A stretch of DNA of 49,951 bases from a virus. Its lineage: Duplodnaviria; Heunggongvirae; Uroviricota; Caudoviricetes. Made by a program: the position numbers and the translations under genes. Positions 35,001 through 44,174 of this stretch are shown here, piece by piece. Below the pieces are notes generated by a model. It made no database searches. It was not told where the DNA came from and saw nothing but the letters and a program-made list of their open reading frames with translations. Every line of letters starts with the position of its first letter. Position 1 is the stretch's first letter. The stretch is taken from positions 1 through 49,951 of IMG/VR virus record IMGVR_UViG_3300021403_000003, one strand, 5' to 3'.

Positions 35001-35957
35001 ACAATGTCTGATATTGGTGCATTGGATCGTCGTATTCAACAGCTTGAATATTATGTATCATTGAGCCAATTAGAACAACAGACAATGCAACAAACTGTTC
35101 TGTATCAAGATGGTACGACTGCAAAGGAACAATATGGTATTGTAACAGATAGTTTCGTCGATTTCAGTGTTGCTGATTCTAGCAATCCAGATTTGTTTTG
35201 TAACATCAATAATGGAATCCTTGGACCTTATATTCAAGCCAATCCAATTGGATTCATGTTTAGCAGTGCAACTGGACCTGCACAAACCAATGATCGTACA
35301 TATTCATTGAGTTATAGCGAAACTCCATGTATTGTTCAGAATACAGCTTCTGATTTCACGCAAGTTCAACCATATGCATTTGGTCAGTTCCGGGGTGATG
35401 TGTATCTATACCCTCAATCAGATTTCTGGTATAGTGATGATTTGGTTCCTCAGATTATCGGTCCTCCTGTCGAACCAGCTCCTCCTCCTGCGCCTGCTCC
35501 TGTCGTTCCACCAAGTACAACTGGTGCTACAACAGACAAGAACAATGCAAATTTGACTCCAACAACAACAACAACAACTGCACCAGCACCAACTCCACCA
35601 GCAGCAGGTGCAACACAGCCTGCTGCACCTACACAATTCACTTATTGTTATCCATTGAACAATTGGTTTTATGGATATAACTTCTTGAATTACACTTATC
35701 TATCAAGTGTTGGTATTGGTTATGGTATCGGTGGTGTTTGGTACTATGGAAGTTATTGTGTTAGAATTAGAAAGACTCCAACCGGATATGGTATCATGAT
35801 ACCAGATGGTTATTGGTACACTGTACCAGCTGCTGGTGTACAAGCCATAACAAATTTGATAGCATCAGGAGCTGCAGCTCCTGTTAACAGCACTGTTGGT
35901 AATGGTATAGTGTTGTCTGCTCATTCAAGCATTGGAGCAATCAATCGTTTCCTCTGA
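32097..35957 (+). CDS. VrlC/DUF4815-family virion protein, N-terminal part
   Basis: SPYFDD...DY.QILFRPGFAVQGRELTQLQS, YRVGL, APGA.RY, LARRTYD.SGNF.V.PF, YYLPRIDKL, RYTM.DIG.L..RI..LEYY.SL. Confidence 0.85.
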   Translation: MPNYQNSSPYFDDANEAISKDYVQILFRPGFAVQGRELTQLQSLLQYQISQMGDFLFTDGSPVVGGHITFDNTVTSLLIQANDNISLSDFAGTLLINSVGPVTTRAVCISVDDTVSSNTVEGALVVKYLSGFEFNPGDTLQIATNTTETASLLTSNAVTKGSIVSINDGVFYVSGYFVAVSKQTIVLDSEDQFPSYRVGLEIDDSIIDESTDSTLLDPAQSSFNYQAPGATRYQYKLVLAKRLLNSTDDSKFFELLRIENGVITSQVEYPVLGNIEQVLARRTYDQSGNFTVDPFIASTVDDASNANNMIVSVGPGNAYIEGFQFQTIAPVKLNNPKARSTNTATDFQLSLEFGNYVTVTNLFSGNTTGFATDNFGQVDLHIVSSSSINTANVQSYGNTKIGTARVRDIEFDGTNTWLAYLLDVTLTPIVINANGVSANTTSIRLPQSFTGTTNAFANVTMTVLSGNSSGDIRTIVSYDSVNKIGFLDRATTQLLDSTSNVSINFGIKDIDALVAHPTVVAANVFGTQNTTSALFACMDISVQGKDASGNTILFNTNFNRLDFELPQNYIAQNSFSNVTFTNRKTLDTVQFTSGNTTIGTGSGLGTAEQFTFGFSNQYLPDTISRNNFFVVVRDKQTSNLANGQVITWDLGSNPAGNGVYQTDSTHVTLKTVTTGNFLGDILVTVQDTNASVNFRRTKTLIGNTSNTTLLTTDKYINGQAVIGTTNANSHYIDAANGYVWFTNWNDIKKVPGQKQGLALADVVQIIKIYDSGSPSQAPNTINSIDITDRYLFDSGQRDNYYDHGGIILRDGQAPPVGQTVVILQYYSHDSTTGFFSADSYSASAYANGSIQVYSSERFGATSLRDTIDFRPTRTIGTTANIQSLNLTGLRLPQPDNAMTLSYAYYLPRIDKLAITASKQFQIIQGTPALVPQVPADAPDSMTIYVINVPAYTSSASLVAMQYIENKRYTMSDIGALDRRIQQLEYYVSLSQLEQQTMQQTVLYQDGTTAKEQYGIVTDSFVDFSVADSSNPDLFCNINNGILGPYIQANPIGFMFSSATGPAQTNDRTYSLSYSETPCIVQNTASDFTQVQPYAFGQFRGDVYLYPQSDFWYSDDLVPQIIGPPVEPAPPPAPAPVVPPSTTGATTDKNNANLTPTTTTTTAPAPTPPAAGATQPAAPTQFTYCYPLNNWFYGYNFLNYTYLSSVGIGYGIGGVWYYGSYCVRIRKTPTGYGIMIPDGYWYTVPAAGVQAITNLIASGAAAPVNSTVGNGIVLSAHSSIGAINRFL

Positions 35958-35960
35958 GCC

Positions 35961-35967
35961 TTAAATA
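35961..35967 (+). promoter_or_regulatory. late promoter between the two VrlC halves
   Basis: TTAAATA, followed by an AAGGT SD. Confidence 0.5.
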
Positions 35968-35995
35968 GGTCACAAGGAATCAACTAAGGTAGAAC

Positions 35996-38896
35996 ATGGC
36001 AAATACGACAATCTCAACTTCAATTGGAACAAATGTTGTTAACAACGCTGTTGTTCCATACATGCGTTCACGTGAAATTGAATTTGGTGCGGACAATCTT
36101 CGACCAGATCGCCTTGCTCAATTCTTTTTTGGCGATACAAATGTCACTCGTTTTGTTCAACGTGCATCCAGATTACTTCCAGATATAGCTAATGCTGCTG
36201 TAGCAACTGCTGGTGTTCTTGTTGGTGAAAGATTCTACTGTAACACAACTCATGGGTTTGCTACTGCAATTGGTAAATCCATGAGTAATACCATTTATCT
36301 CAATGAAAACTACACAACAGTCAATGTTGCTGCAATCGGAGCAAATACACTTGGCGTAAGTGATTATGCTGTTGGTGATGTGGTTTATCAAGCCGTTGGT
36401 AATGTTGTTCCAACTCCTGATAATGCGACGTTTGAAGGTCGTGTGTTTTATTGGAATAGCAGTGATGGTGTAATGGCAATTGAGCCTATTACTGGAACAT
36501 TAACTGTTAATAGTTCTGCAAATATCCAAGCAACCATATATAAATCTGGGTCTGCTTTGACTGTTCGTGCAGCTAGCCTTGTTCAGGGAAACAGATTCCC
36601 TTTGAATTCAATTGTTTCTTCATTGGACAATGTTTCTAAACGATTTCTCGTTAATACGTATGATCATCGTCATGGTTCTGTTGGTGGAGTGAATCCACCA
36701 AATGCAAACTGTGTGATTGTTTCAGGAACAGTACCTTCTGATGCAGTTGGTAATATCGTTTTCATCACAGGACAAACTGGTCTCGGTCAAGCAGGATTAG
36801 TTCTTGCAGTCAATGGGAATGCCGTTTACACCAATACAACCTTTAATCCATATCCAACAGGAAATAGTTATTACAGTTTGGGTTTAAATTCAGTTGATGA
36901 TAGCGGTCATCTGTTTGGCGTGTTCAATTTACCTGAAACATCAACTGTTCAATTTTTGACTGGTTCCCAGAAATTCACAATCAGCGACTCTAATATTGTT
37001 GATGATCCAAATGCAACAATGATGGCTGATGCTCAGTATGTATCACAGGGATATCTGGGTGCTGGTAAATCTACACCTGCAACCCCTGTTGTATCTCCGA
37101 TTACTACTCAACCTTCTATTGCACCACCAATTAATCAACCAGGGCCATCATCAAGTCAGTATGTGTCAACTCCGCAAACAGCACTTGCATCACCTGGTCC
37201 AAATACCACATATTCAGGTGTTTTGTCACAATTGGCTGCAAATTCTTCAGCAAATGGTATCTATAATGGTGTAGATCTAAGTCAGCTGGGTGGGACATTT
37301 TCAGTCAATCCAATTGCTCAAACATTTTTCACTCCTCCACCAAAAAGTCAGAAATCTAATTATGGTATTTTTGTCAGCAGTATCGATATTTGGTTCAATG
37401 CTAAGCCAGTTGGAAGTTCACCACAATTTCCTGTGCAATTAAAAATTGTTCAGGTTCAGAATGGTTATCCAACACAAAACGTCGTAGCATCTTGTTCTGT
37501 TGATTATGGAAGCATTCAAGTTAGTACAACTCCTGATAGCATAAACATCGGTTCTTCTATCATCAATAACACAACTTCCACCAAGTTCAAATTTTTGGAT
37601 CCTGTATATTTGCAACCATCAACTGAATATGCAATCGTCCTGTATACAGAAAATCCAGACTACGAAGTTTACATTGCGAACGTTGGTTCTAATGATATAA
37701 GCAATGGTGGTAATGGTATTCGTCGTATCAGCAGTCAACCTTCTGTTGGTTCTTTCTTCAAGTCTCAAAATGCTTCTACTTGGACAGCTGTACCAAATGA
37801 AGCTTTGATGTTTGTTTTGAATAAGGCTGTTTTTAGCACAGCTCCTGTCAGTTTCAATTTTGTAATGCAACCATTGACAAGTCTCACGCCTTATGATAGC
37901 TTGTTGTTGCATTCTAGTGATTTGAATTTCCCTCCATGTCAATTGACTTACAAAGTTTTGACAACCCTTGCAAATACATTTGCTCAAGAACCTGGATACA
38001 CACAGGTTCTTGTTGATACACCATGGAATTTTGGTCATGATTTGAAGGTTTCATCTATCAATAGTACTCGTCGTCGCGTTATCATTCCAGGTAACAATCA
38101 GAGCCTATTGTGTCAGGTCTCTATGCAGACTAATGATCCAGATGTTTCTCCTATGTTCAATGGTGAATTGTTGTCTGCAATTGCAACAACCAATATCATC
38201 AACAGTGGACAGATCAATCCTGAAAATATTACTGTAACAAATGGTGGAAATCACATCAATGCTAACAACATCATTGTAACAATTTCACCACCAGATCTTG
38301 CAGATGGAGTTCAAGCAACAGCAAATGTTATGGTAATGAGTGGTAATTCTGTTTCCTTCATTACCGTTATCAACCCAGGTGCTGGGTATAGTGTATCTCC
38401 AACGATCACTATCAGTGAAGCAGGTGCTCCAGTCAATGCAACAGCAGTTGTATCTGGTGAAAATGGTCAAATTGGTGGAAATGGTATCACTCGTTATGTG
38501 ACTCGTAAGATTACATTGGCAAATGGATTTGCAGCAGGTGATCTTCGAGTTTATTTGAATGCAATCCGTCCAGTTGGATCAGATGTTTGTGTATATTACA
38601 AAGCTCTATCATCAACTGACACACAGAGCTTTACTGATCTGCCATGGGTTAAGATGACATTGATCAATGATGTTAACTCAGCAGATCAAAATACACCTGT
38701 TGGATTACAATTTTGTCCAGCATTAGGATCAAATGGTTTGCCTTCAGGTGTGTTGCAATACACTGTGAATGGTGTACAATATCCACTTGGTGGATCATTC
38801 CAATACTTTGCAATCAAGATTGTTCTGTTTGCAGATGATCAAACTGTTGTACCAACTGTAAGTTCATTACAGGTGACAGCACTCCCTGCCGGATAA
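35996..38896 (+). CDS. VrlC/DUF4815-family virion protein, C-terminal part
   Basis: PYMRSREI.F....LRP, PIAQTF, FVSSIDIWF, F.FLDPVYL....EYAIVL, GSFFKSQN.STW, RY.TRKI.L, FAIKIV. Confidence 0.8.
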   Translation: MANTTISTSIGTNVVNNAVVPYMRSREIEFGADNLRPDRLAQFFFGDTNVTRFVQRASRLLPDIANAAVATAGVLVGERFYCNTTHGFATAIGKSMSNTIYLNENYTTVNVAAIGANTLGVSDYAVGDVVYQAVGNVVPTPDNATFEGRVFYWNSSDGVMAIEPITGTLTVNSSANIQATIYKSGSALTVRAASLVQGNRFPLNSIVSSLDNVSKRFLVNTYDHRHGSVGGVNPPNANCVIVSGTVPSDAVGNIVFITGQTGLGQAGLVLAVNGNAVYTNTTFNPYPTGNSYYSLGLNSVDDSGHLFGVFNLPETSTVQFLTGSQKFTISDSNIVDDPNATMMADAQYVSQGYLGAGKSTPATPVVSPITTQPSIAPPINQPGPSSSQYVSTPQTALASPGPNTTYSGVLSQLAANSSANGIYNGVDLSQLGGTFSVNPIAQTFFTPPPKSQKSNYGIFVSSIDIWFNAKPVGSSPQFPVQLKIVQVQNGYPTQNVVASCSVDYGSIQVSTTPDSINIGSSIINNTTSTKFKFLDPVYLQPSTEYAIVLYTENPDYEVYIANVGSNDISNGGNGIRRISSQPSVGSFFKSQNASTWTAVPNEALMFVLNKAVFSTAPVSFNFVMQPLTSLTPYDSLLLHSSDLNFPPCQLTYKVLTTLANTFAQEPGYTQVLVDTPWNFGHDLKVSSINSTRRRVIIPGNNQSLLCQVSMQTNDPDVSPMFNGELLSAIATTNIINSGQINPENITVTNGGNHINANNIIVTISPPDLADGVQATANVMVMSGNSVSFITVINPGAGYSVSPTITISEAGAPVNATAVVSGENGQIGGNGITRYVTRKITLANGFAAGDLRVYLNAIRPVGSDVCVYYKALSSTDTQSFTDLPWVKMTLINDVNSADQNTPVGLQFCPALGSNGLPSGVLQYTVNGVQYPLGGSFQYFAIKIVLFADDQTVVPTVSSLQVTALPAG

Positions 38897-38899
38897 ATA
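38893..38899 (+). promoter_or_regulatory. late promoter
   Basis: ATAAATA immediately before ATG 38904. Confidence 0.45.
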
Positions 38900-38903
38900 G
38901 TCC

Positions 38904-39122
38904 ATGTTGTTTCGTATCACTGATCATCCAGACCTTGTAAAAGACTCAAACAGTAAAGCAGTGTTGAATACTGATCTTTCAGCTGTCAGACGTCATGAAG
39001 AAAGATTGACAAAGGTCAACAAAGAAGTGCAGAGGGAAAGAGATATAAATCAGCTGAAAGGTGATGTTGGAGAACTCAAGAGCATGTTAAGAGCACTGTT
39101 GGAGAAGGTAATAAGCCTGTAG
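38904..39122 (+). CDS. conserved small coiled-coil protein of T4-like phages
   Basis: HPDLVKD.NS.AVLNTD ... INQLK.DV.ELKSML; position after VrlC. Confidence 0.75.
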   Translation: MLFRITDHPDLVKDSNSKAVLNTDLSAVRRHEERLTKVNKEVQRERDINQLKGDVGELKSMLRALLEKVISL

Positions 39123-39214
39123 GTAAATATCCTTGGAATGAATCCATGAAACAAAAAATGAGCTTATCAATGAAACGAAGTTGGAATGACAGAAGAAATG
39201 AGGCAAGGGTATGA
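39101..39214 (+). pseudogene. homing-endonuclease C-terminal (GEG + NUMOD3-like) remnant
   Basis: Alternate frame reads GEGNKPVGKYPWNESMKQKMSLSMKRSWNDRRNEARV* with no nuclease domain or usable start. Confidence 0.4.
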
Positions 39215-40971
39215 GTAACGCGAATATTTCGCTAATCACTACAGCAAATGTGTTTCAAGATTGGTTGATCCAGACCAACAATCTTGCCAACAGTGTCAAT
39301 GAACTCCGTAATGGAAATTATTTTAAGGACCAAAATGGTATCACGATCGCAAATGGATCACTTACGATTTCTGGTACACTCGGAACTTTGCTTTCTGTTT
39401 CTGGTAATACAACGATCTCTCAGCAGCTAACCGTTGGTTCTATCCTTGATTTCGGTGATCATACTGTTCAAGGTAATAATCTGATCATGACAGCAGTTGC
39501 AGGGTTGTTGCAAGCTGCAAATGGTATCCAAGCCAAATATATTGTTGCAAATACTGGGATGGGAACCCAGAATTTGAATGCTGCTGGTTATATCGTTTTC
39601 AGCGGTATAAATTTGAACCCGAATGTATCACCTAATGTACCATTTTGGGGTGGATTAGCAATGATCAACATTGCTAATAAGATATTCATGTCCAATACTG
39701 GCAACACATACATGAATGCTAATGTATGGATTGCGAATGCAAATGTTCAGAATCTTATTGCTCAGTCATTGCTTGTGCTTGGAGAACTGGATGCTTATGA
39801 TATCATCCTAGATCCAACCAGATCATATAGTATTGTTAATGGTAATGCTGTATTCAACAATTTGACGGTTCAGGGTAACACAATCATTGTTGGTCAGACC
39901 CTGAATACTACAGATACTTTACAGCTCCGTTCTAATACTGCTTCTGATGGTGATGGTAAGATTTTGGTTTATCGTGGTTCTGGATTGAACCAGAACGCAA
40001 GACTTTCCTTCAACCACACATCAAATGTTTGGCAGGCTGGAGCAAATGACACTAATGGTTTGTCAACCATTCTAACAACTGCAAACATCACTGATAGCTT
40101 CTCAAGTAATAGTGTCATCAACGTCGCTTCTGCAAATGCTGTGAATGCTGTGTATGCAGCATCTATTAGTAATGCCACAGCTGTGGTTGCAAATAGTGGT
40201 GTGTTTGTTGCACAACGTAAAGGATTGAACTTTTCTGCGAATAGTGTTTTGTCTTTGAATGTTTCTGCAAATGGTGCAAATGCGAACCTCGTCGATATCG
40301 TCATTCAAGCGAATGTAATTGACACCTATACAAGCAATAGTACGACAGCTGTTGCAACTGCAAATGCTGTTAATGCTGCATATGGGGCTGCAATAACACA
40401 GGCTGTTGGTAATGCTAAAGCTGTATTTGCCAACAATGGTGCATTTGTTGCTCAACGTCAAGGTTTGGATATCATTGCCGGGAATAACATAACCATCAAT
40501 GTTGCATCTAATACAGCAAATGCAAATCTGGTTGATGTGAAGATTGATTTGTCATCAAATATCACGTTACAAGGTACCGTGACTGCTGCAAATAATTTGA
40601 TTGACAAACCAACAATCAAAGCTCAGCGTCAATCATATGTGAATGTTGGATCAGTGACTGGAGCCACAACAATAAATTTGGCACTAGGTGACTTTTTCGA
40701 TTTGACATTGGTTGGCAATATTACGTTGACATTCCAAAATGCTGCAACATCAGGAACAACATCAACAGTCCAATTGATGCTTCGTCAAACTGCAAATGGT
40801 GGCAACACTGTCACATTTGTTAATAATGTTCATTGGTCTGATAATATTACACCTGTTCTTACAACGACTGGTAACACCATGGATGTTGTTCAATTGTTCA
40901 CTTACAATAATGGTACAATTTATTGGGGTGCACAAGTATTGGCAAATATTGCTGGGGCAAATAACTACTGA
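39211..40971 (+). CDS. tail fibre / fibre-connector protein
   Basis: N-terminal F.DW...TN motif; internal duplication (ANAVNA.Y.A.I....V.AN.G.FVAQR.GL); C-terminal fibre-tip-like domain (FDLTL.GN.TLTF...W....P.LTT). Confidence 0.7.
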   Translation: MSNANISLITTANVFQDWLIQTNNLANSVNELRNGNYFKDQNGITIANGSLTISGTLGTLLSVSGNTTISQQLTVGSILDFGDHTVQGNNLIMTAVAGLLQAANGIQAKYIVANTGMGTQNLNAAGYIVFSGINLNPNVSPNVPFWGGLAMINIANKIFMSNTGNTYMNANVWIANANVQNLIAQSLLVLGELDAYDIILDPTRSYSIVNGNAVFNNLTVQGNTIIVGQTLNTTDTLQLRSNTASDGDGKILVYRGSGLNQNARLSFNHTSNVWQAGANDTNGLSTILTTANITDSFSSNSVINVASANAVNAVYAASISNATAVVANSGVFVAQRKGLNFSANSVLSLNVSANGANANLVDIVIQANVIDTYTSNSTTAVATANAVNAAYGAAITQAVGNAKAVFANNGAFVAQRQGLDIIAGNNITINVASNTANANLVDVKIDLSSNITLQGTVTAANNLIDKPTIKAQRQSYVNVGSVTGATTINLALGDFFDLTLVGNITLTFQNAATSGTTSTVQLMLRQTANGGNTVTFVNNVHWSDNITPVLTTTGNTMDVVQLFTYNNGTIYWGAQVLANIAGANNY

Positions 40972-40986
40972 TAAGAGACTAGCAAA

Positions 40987-42441
40987 ATGTTACTTCGTGC
41001 AAGAGCTCATCCAACTTCTGTTACTTTTAATAGCACAGCTAATATCCGTGTACCATTCAATGTACGTAAGGTTGTTATTGCTGGAGTAGGAACCGTCGGT
41101 AATCCTGGTACAGTAGGAAATTCCGGTACACCTGGGAATTCTGGTACAAATGGTATTGGCGGACCTGGTGGAGCTGGTGGTAATGCAGGAGCTGCAGGAA
41201 ATCCTGGTAACACTGGTGCTACAGGAAACTCTGGTACCAATGGTCCTGGAGGAACGGGAGGATCTGGAGGTAATGGTGGTCAAGGAGGAGGAGGAGGAAA
41301 TCCTTCCTTGGGCGCTGGTAACAACAATGGTAATGGTGGGGCTGGTGGAACTGCTGGAACTGGAGGCACACCAGGTAATGCTGGTGGACCTGGTGTATCA
41401 GGTGCTAATGGTGGTGGTGCAGGAAGTGGTGGTCCAGGTGCCGGTAATGGAGGAACCGGTGGAATTGATGCTGGTGGTCCAATCGTTAATGGTTCTCCAG
41501 TTATTCAAGGAGGTGGCGGTGGAGGTGGTGGAGGTGTAGGTCCAGGCAATGCAGGAAATCCAGGCAATGCAGGATCAAATGGAAACACCGGTGTGGCTGG
41601 AAATGCAGGAACAGGAGCCACCAGCGGAAATGCAGGTAGTGCTTCCCCTACTTCTTGGTCAAGTCAAAATGGTACATCAGGAAATCCTGGATCATCAGGA
41701 AATCCAGGTTCACCAGGTAATGTTGGAAGTTCTTCTAGTTTCAATGGTGCAGCGAATCCTGCATCATTTTCTGGTGGTAATGGTGGTGTAGCAGGCCCTG
41801 GGGGTTCAGCAGGTAATGCAGGTGGTGCTGGAAATCCTGGTAACAGAGGTGCATCAGGCAATGCAGGAAATCCTGGATCAAATGGTAATGGTGGAGCTGG
41901 TGGTAATGGAGGAACAGCAGGGAATCCAGGTGGTGCTGGAAATAGCGGTACATCAGGAGGAGGTGGTGGTGGAGGTGGTGGTGGAGGAAACGTTGCTACA
42001 TTAGGAGAGCCAACATCTCCAGGAAATCCAGGTAATGCAGGAAATTCTTCTGGTGGAGGATCAAATGGTAATGGTGGAGCTGGTGGTAACACCCCAAACA
42101 TAAATCCTAATTCTCCACGTGCAGGAACACCAGGTAATGCAGGTGGTGCTGGATTATCAGGAAACCCAGGTTCTGCTGGATCTGGCGCAACAGGTGGAAA
42201 TGCGGGAACTCCAGGTAATGCTGGTTCTAATGGGTCTGTAGGTAATACTGGTGGTAGTGGTAGCGCCGGAACAGGCGCAACAAGTGGTGGACCAGGTGGA
42301 TCAGCACCAAATTCTTGGTCAAGTCAAAATGGTAATCCTGGATCACCAGGCAATATAAATAGTAACATCAGACCATACACAGTTGGATTAGCTACAGTTC
42401 CAGCAGGTGGTCAAATCATTGTTTCTTGGACAAATCAGTGA
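40987..42441 (+). CDS. glycine-rich collagen-like virion protein
   Basis: Runs of G-X-Y (GNP, GNA, GNS, GTP), poly-Gly tracts, duplicated SWSSQNG..GNPGS. Confidence 0.8.
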   Translation: MLLRARAHPTSVTFNSTANIRVPFNVRKVVIAGVGTVGNPGTVGNSGTPGNSGTNGIGGPGGAGGNAGAAGNPGNTGATGNSGTNGPGGTGGSGGNGGQGGGGGNPSLGAGNNNGNGGAGGTAGTGGTPGNAGGPGVSGANGGGAGSGGPGAGNGGTGGIDAGGPIVNGSPVIQGGGGGGGGGVGPGNAGNPGNAGSNGNTGVAGNAGTGATSGNAGSASPTSWSSQNGTSGNPGSSGNPGSPGNVGSSSSFNGAANPASFSGGNGGVAGPGGSAGNAGGAGNPGNRGASGNAGNPGSNGNGGAGGNGGTAGNPGGAGNSGTSGGGGGGGGGGGNVATLGEPTSPGNPGNAGNSSGGGSNGNGGAGGNTPNINPNSPRAGTPGNAGGAGLSGNPGSAGSGATGGNAGTPGNAGSNGSVGNTGGSGSAGTGATSGGPGGSAPNSWSSQNGNPGSPGNINSNIRPYTVGLATVPAGGQIIVSWTNQ

Positions 42442-42457
42442 GGATTTGAGGATAATC

Positions 42458-42796
42458 ATGAGTGAGAAAAAATTAGTCAAGATCAAAGATGTGCATTTGT
42501 ATACTGCATTCAATGAGGATGTTGCTGATTGTTATACAGCATCCAAATTACTTAAAGATGCAGGTGTAGAATTCAAATTCTTGAATTTTGCTGATCAAGT
42601 TGATCATTACACCCAGACACTTGATGCGTTGTCTTCTTGGCCATTAGGTGTAGATGGTCATAATAAGAAGTGTACAAATTTTCCAATTTTGGTTTGGGAT
42701 GAATGCTTCGATGATTGGAGTTCTTACCGTCGTATTGCTCATGGATTGAGCGAAATCAAAGTTTGCGATGTCTTAAAAAAGACAAAACTTTTGTAA
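42458..42796 (+). CDS. thioredoxin/glutaredoxin-fold-like hypothetical protein
   Basis: VHLYT....DC......L...GVEF..L ... FPILV pattern. GAGGA SD supports ATG 42458. Confidence 0.45.
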   Translation: MSEKKLVKIKDVHLYTAFNEDVADCYTASKLLKDAGVEFKFLNFADQVDHYTQTLDALSSWPLGVDGHNKKCTNFPILVWDECFDDWSSYRRIAHGLSEIKVCDVLKKTKLL

Positions 42797-42811
42797 AAGA
42801 TTGATTATATT

Positions 42812-43558
42812 ATGAAATTATTGAAATCTTGGTTAAAAACAGAAGAAGTTGAATTTCTTTGTGAACAGGAAGATTTCGGTGTTATATCCGAACCTATCCC
42901 TGCTCGTAAGTTTATGCCTGAATGGTTTAAACAGCTTCACCCCAAAGTGGGTAATGAAGACAAATTGAACAATGCCACGATAAAACGTTGTGCTCCTTTC
43001 TTGGATGCAATGAGTGTTGGTTGGATTATCCCATTGGCTGCTGATGTCGAATTCATTACAAACGAAGATGGATCTGGTGTTTCTTATAAATGGATGCATG
43101 GTAAGATAATGGTTGAGAATCACCAACAGAATCAACTTAATCCTGAAAAAGGACCAATGCATCCATCGATGCCTAAACCTCCCATGAAATTTTTGAATTA
43201 TTGGTACATCAAGATACCAAAAGACTACAGTGCATTATTTGTTTCTCCATTGAATAGGCCAGATCCAAGATTTCAATGTATTTCTGGTTTAGTTGATGAT
43301 GGATATATGGGAAATGATGCACTTGAATATATCAATTTTCCTTTCTTCTTTACACAAGTAAATTACACAGGAATCATCAAAGCAGGAACTCCTTTAGTTC
43401 AAATGATTCTGATAAAAAGAGATGACGTGTTGACGAGCTCTAGGAAAACCAATGTGAAGATTGTTGATAAACAAACTTCTGATTTGATAGGTTTGACCCG
43501 CCGCAGACGTGCAGCACAACCGAGTTATTACAGAGAAAAACTCTGGCAAAGGAAATAA
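42812..43558 (+). CDS. conserved phage protein often adjacent to 2OG-Fe(II) oxygenases
   Basis: PA.K.MPEWFK, TIKRCAPFLDAM..GWIIPL.AD, KF.N.W.IK.P..YS.LF..P.N, GTPLVQ.I. Confidence 0.65.
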   Translation: MKLLKSWLKTEEVEFLCEQEDFGVISEPIPARKFMPEWFKQLHPKVGNEDKLNNATIKRCAPFLDAMSVGWIIPLAADVEFITNEDGSGVSYKWMHGKIMVENHQQNQLNPEKGPMHPSMPKPPMKFLNYWYIKIPKDYSALFVSPLNRPDPRFQCISGLVDDGYMGNDALEYINFPFFFTQVNYTGIIKAGTPLVQMILIKRDDVLTSSRKTNVKIVDKQTSDLIGLTRRRRAAQPSYYREKLWQRK

Positions 43559-43559
43559 A

Positions 43560-44174
43560 ATGAGTTTCTATTCTCTTCAACCATTTGCAGACGTAGCATG
43601 TAAGGAATCATTACATGCATATTGGGAAAACGGATTCAGTGAGGATGAACTCAATAAAATCATTAGCATTGGAGAAAATAAAATCACCACACAAGGTGAA
43701 GAAGCGATTGTTGGATTGATGGAAGGTTCTGGTGTGAATACGGAAATTCGTCGTAGCAGAGTAGCTTGGTTTAACTCTGACGAAGCTAGTTGGCTTTATC
43801 AAAAATTAGGATGGATTGCTCGTCAATTGAATGGTCAATATTTTCAGTGCGATGTTTCTGGTTTTAGTGATGATCTTCAATATACCATATATGATCATAC
43901 TGTTGAAGGTCACTATGATTGGCATATGGACAAGGGTTATGCATCTGATGGTTCTCCACCTAGAAAATTATCATTGGTTTTATTGTTGAGTGATCCAAAT
44001 GAATATGAAGGTGGCGATTTAGAATTGTTTGCTGGTAATCAAACAGTGAAAGTCCAAAAAACGAAGGGAATCGTTCATGCATTCCCTTCGTATGTTATGC
44101 ATAGAGTCACACCCGTAACCAAAGGGACTCGCCGTTCTTTGGTTGTTTGGTTATGTGGACCTAAATGGCGCTAA
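43560..44174 (+). CDS. 2OG-Fe(II) oxygenase (prolyl-hydroxylase/PKHD-like)
   Basis: IRRS..., QYT.Y, HYDWHMD (HxD), RKLS...LSDP.EYEGG.L, FPS...HRVTPVTKG.R.SLV.W. Confidence 0.92.
   Translation: MSFYSLQPFADVACKESLHAYWENGFSEDELNKIISIGENKITTQGEEAIVGLMEGSGVNTEIRRSRVAWFNSDEASWLYQKLGWIARQLNGQYFQCDVSGFSDDLQYTIYDHTVEGHYDWHMDKGYASDGSPPRKLSLVLLLSDPNEYEGGDLELFAGNQTVKVQKTKGIVHAFPSYVMHRVTPVTKGTRRSLVVWLCGPKWR

Noticed and set aside
40990-42101. Alternate-frame and antisense ORFs over the Gly-rich gene
   Set aside because: These are shadows of GGN-rich low-complexity coding (poly-Pro, poly-Val) with no independent signals.
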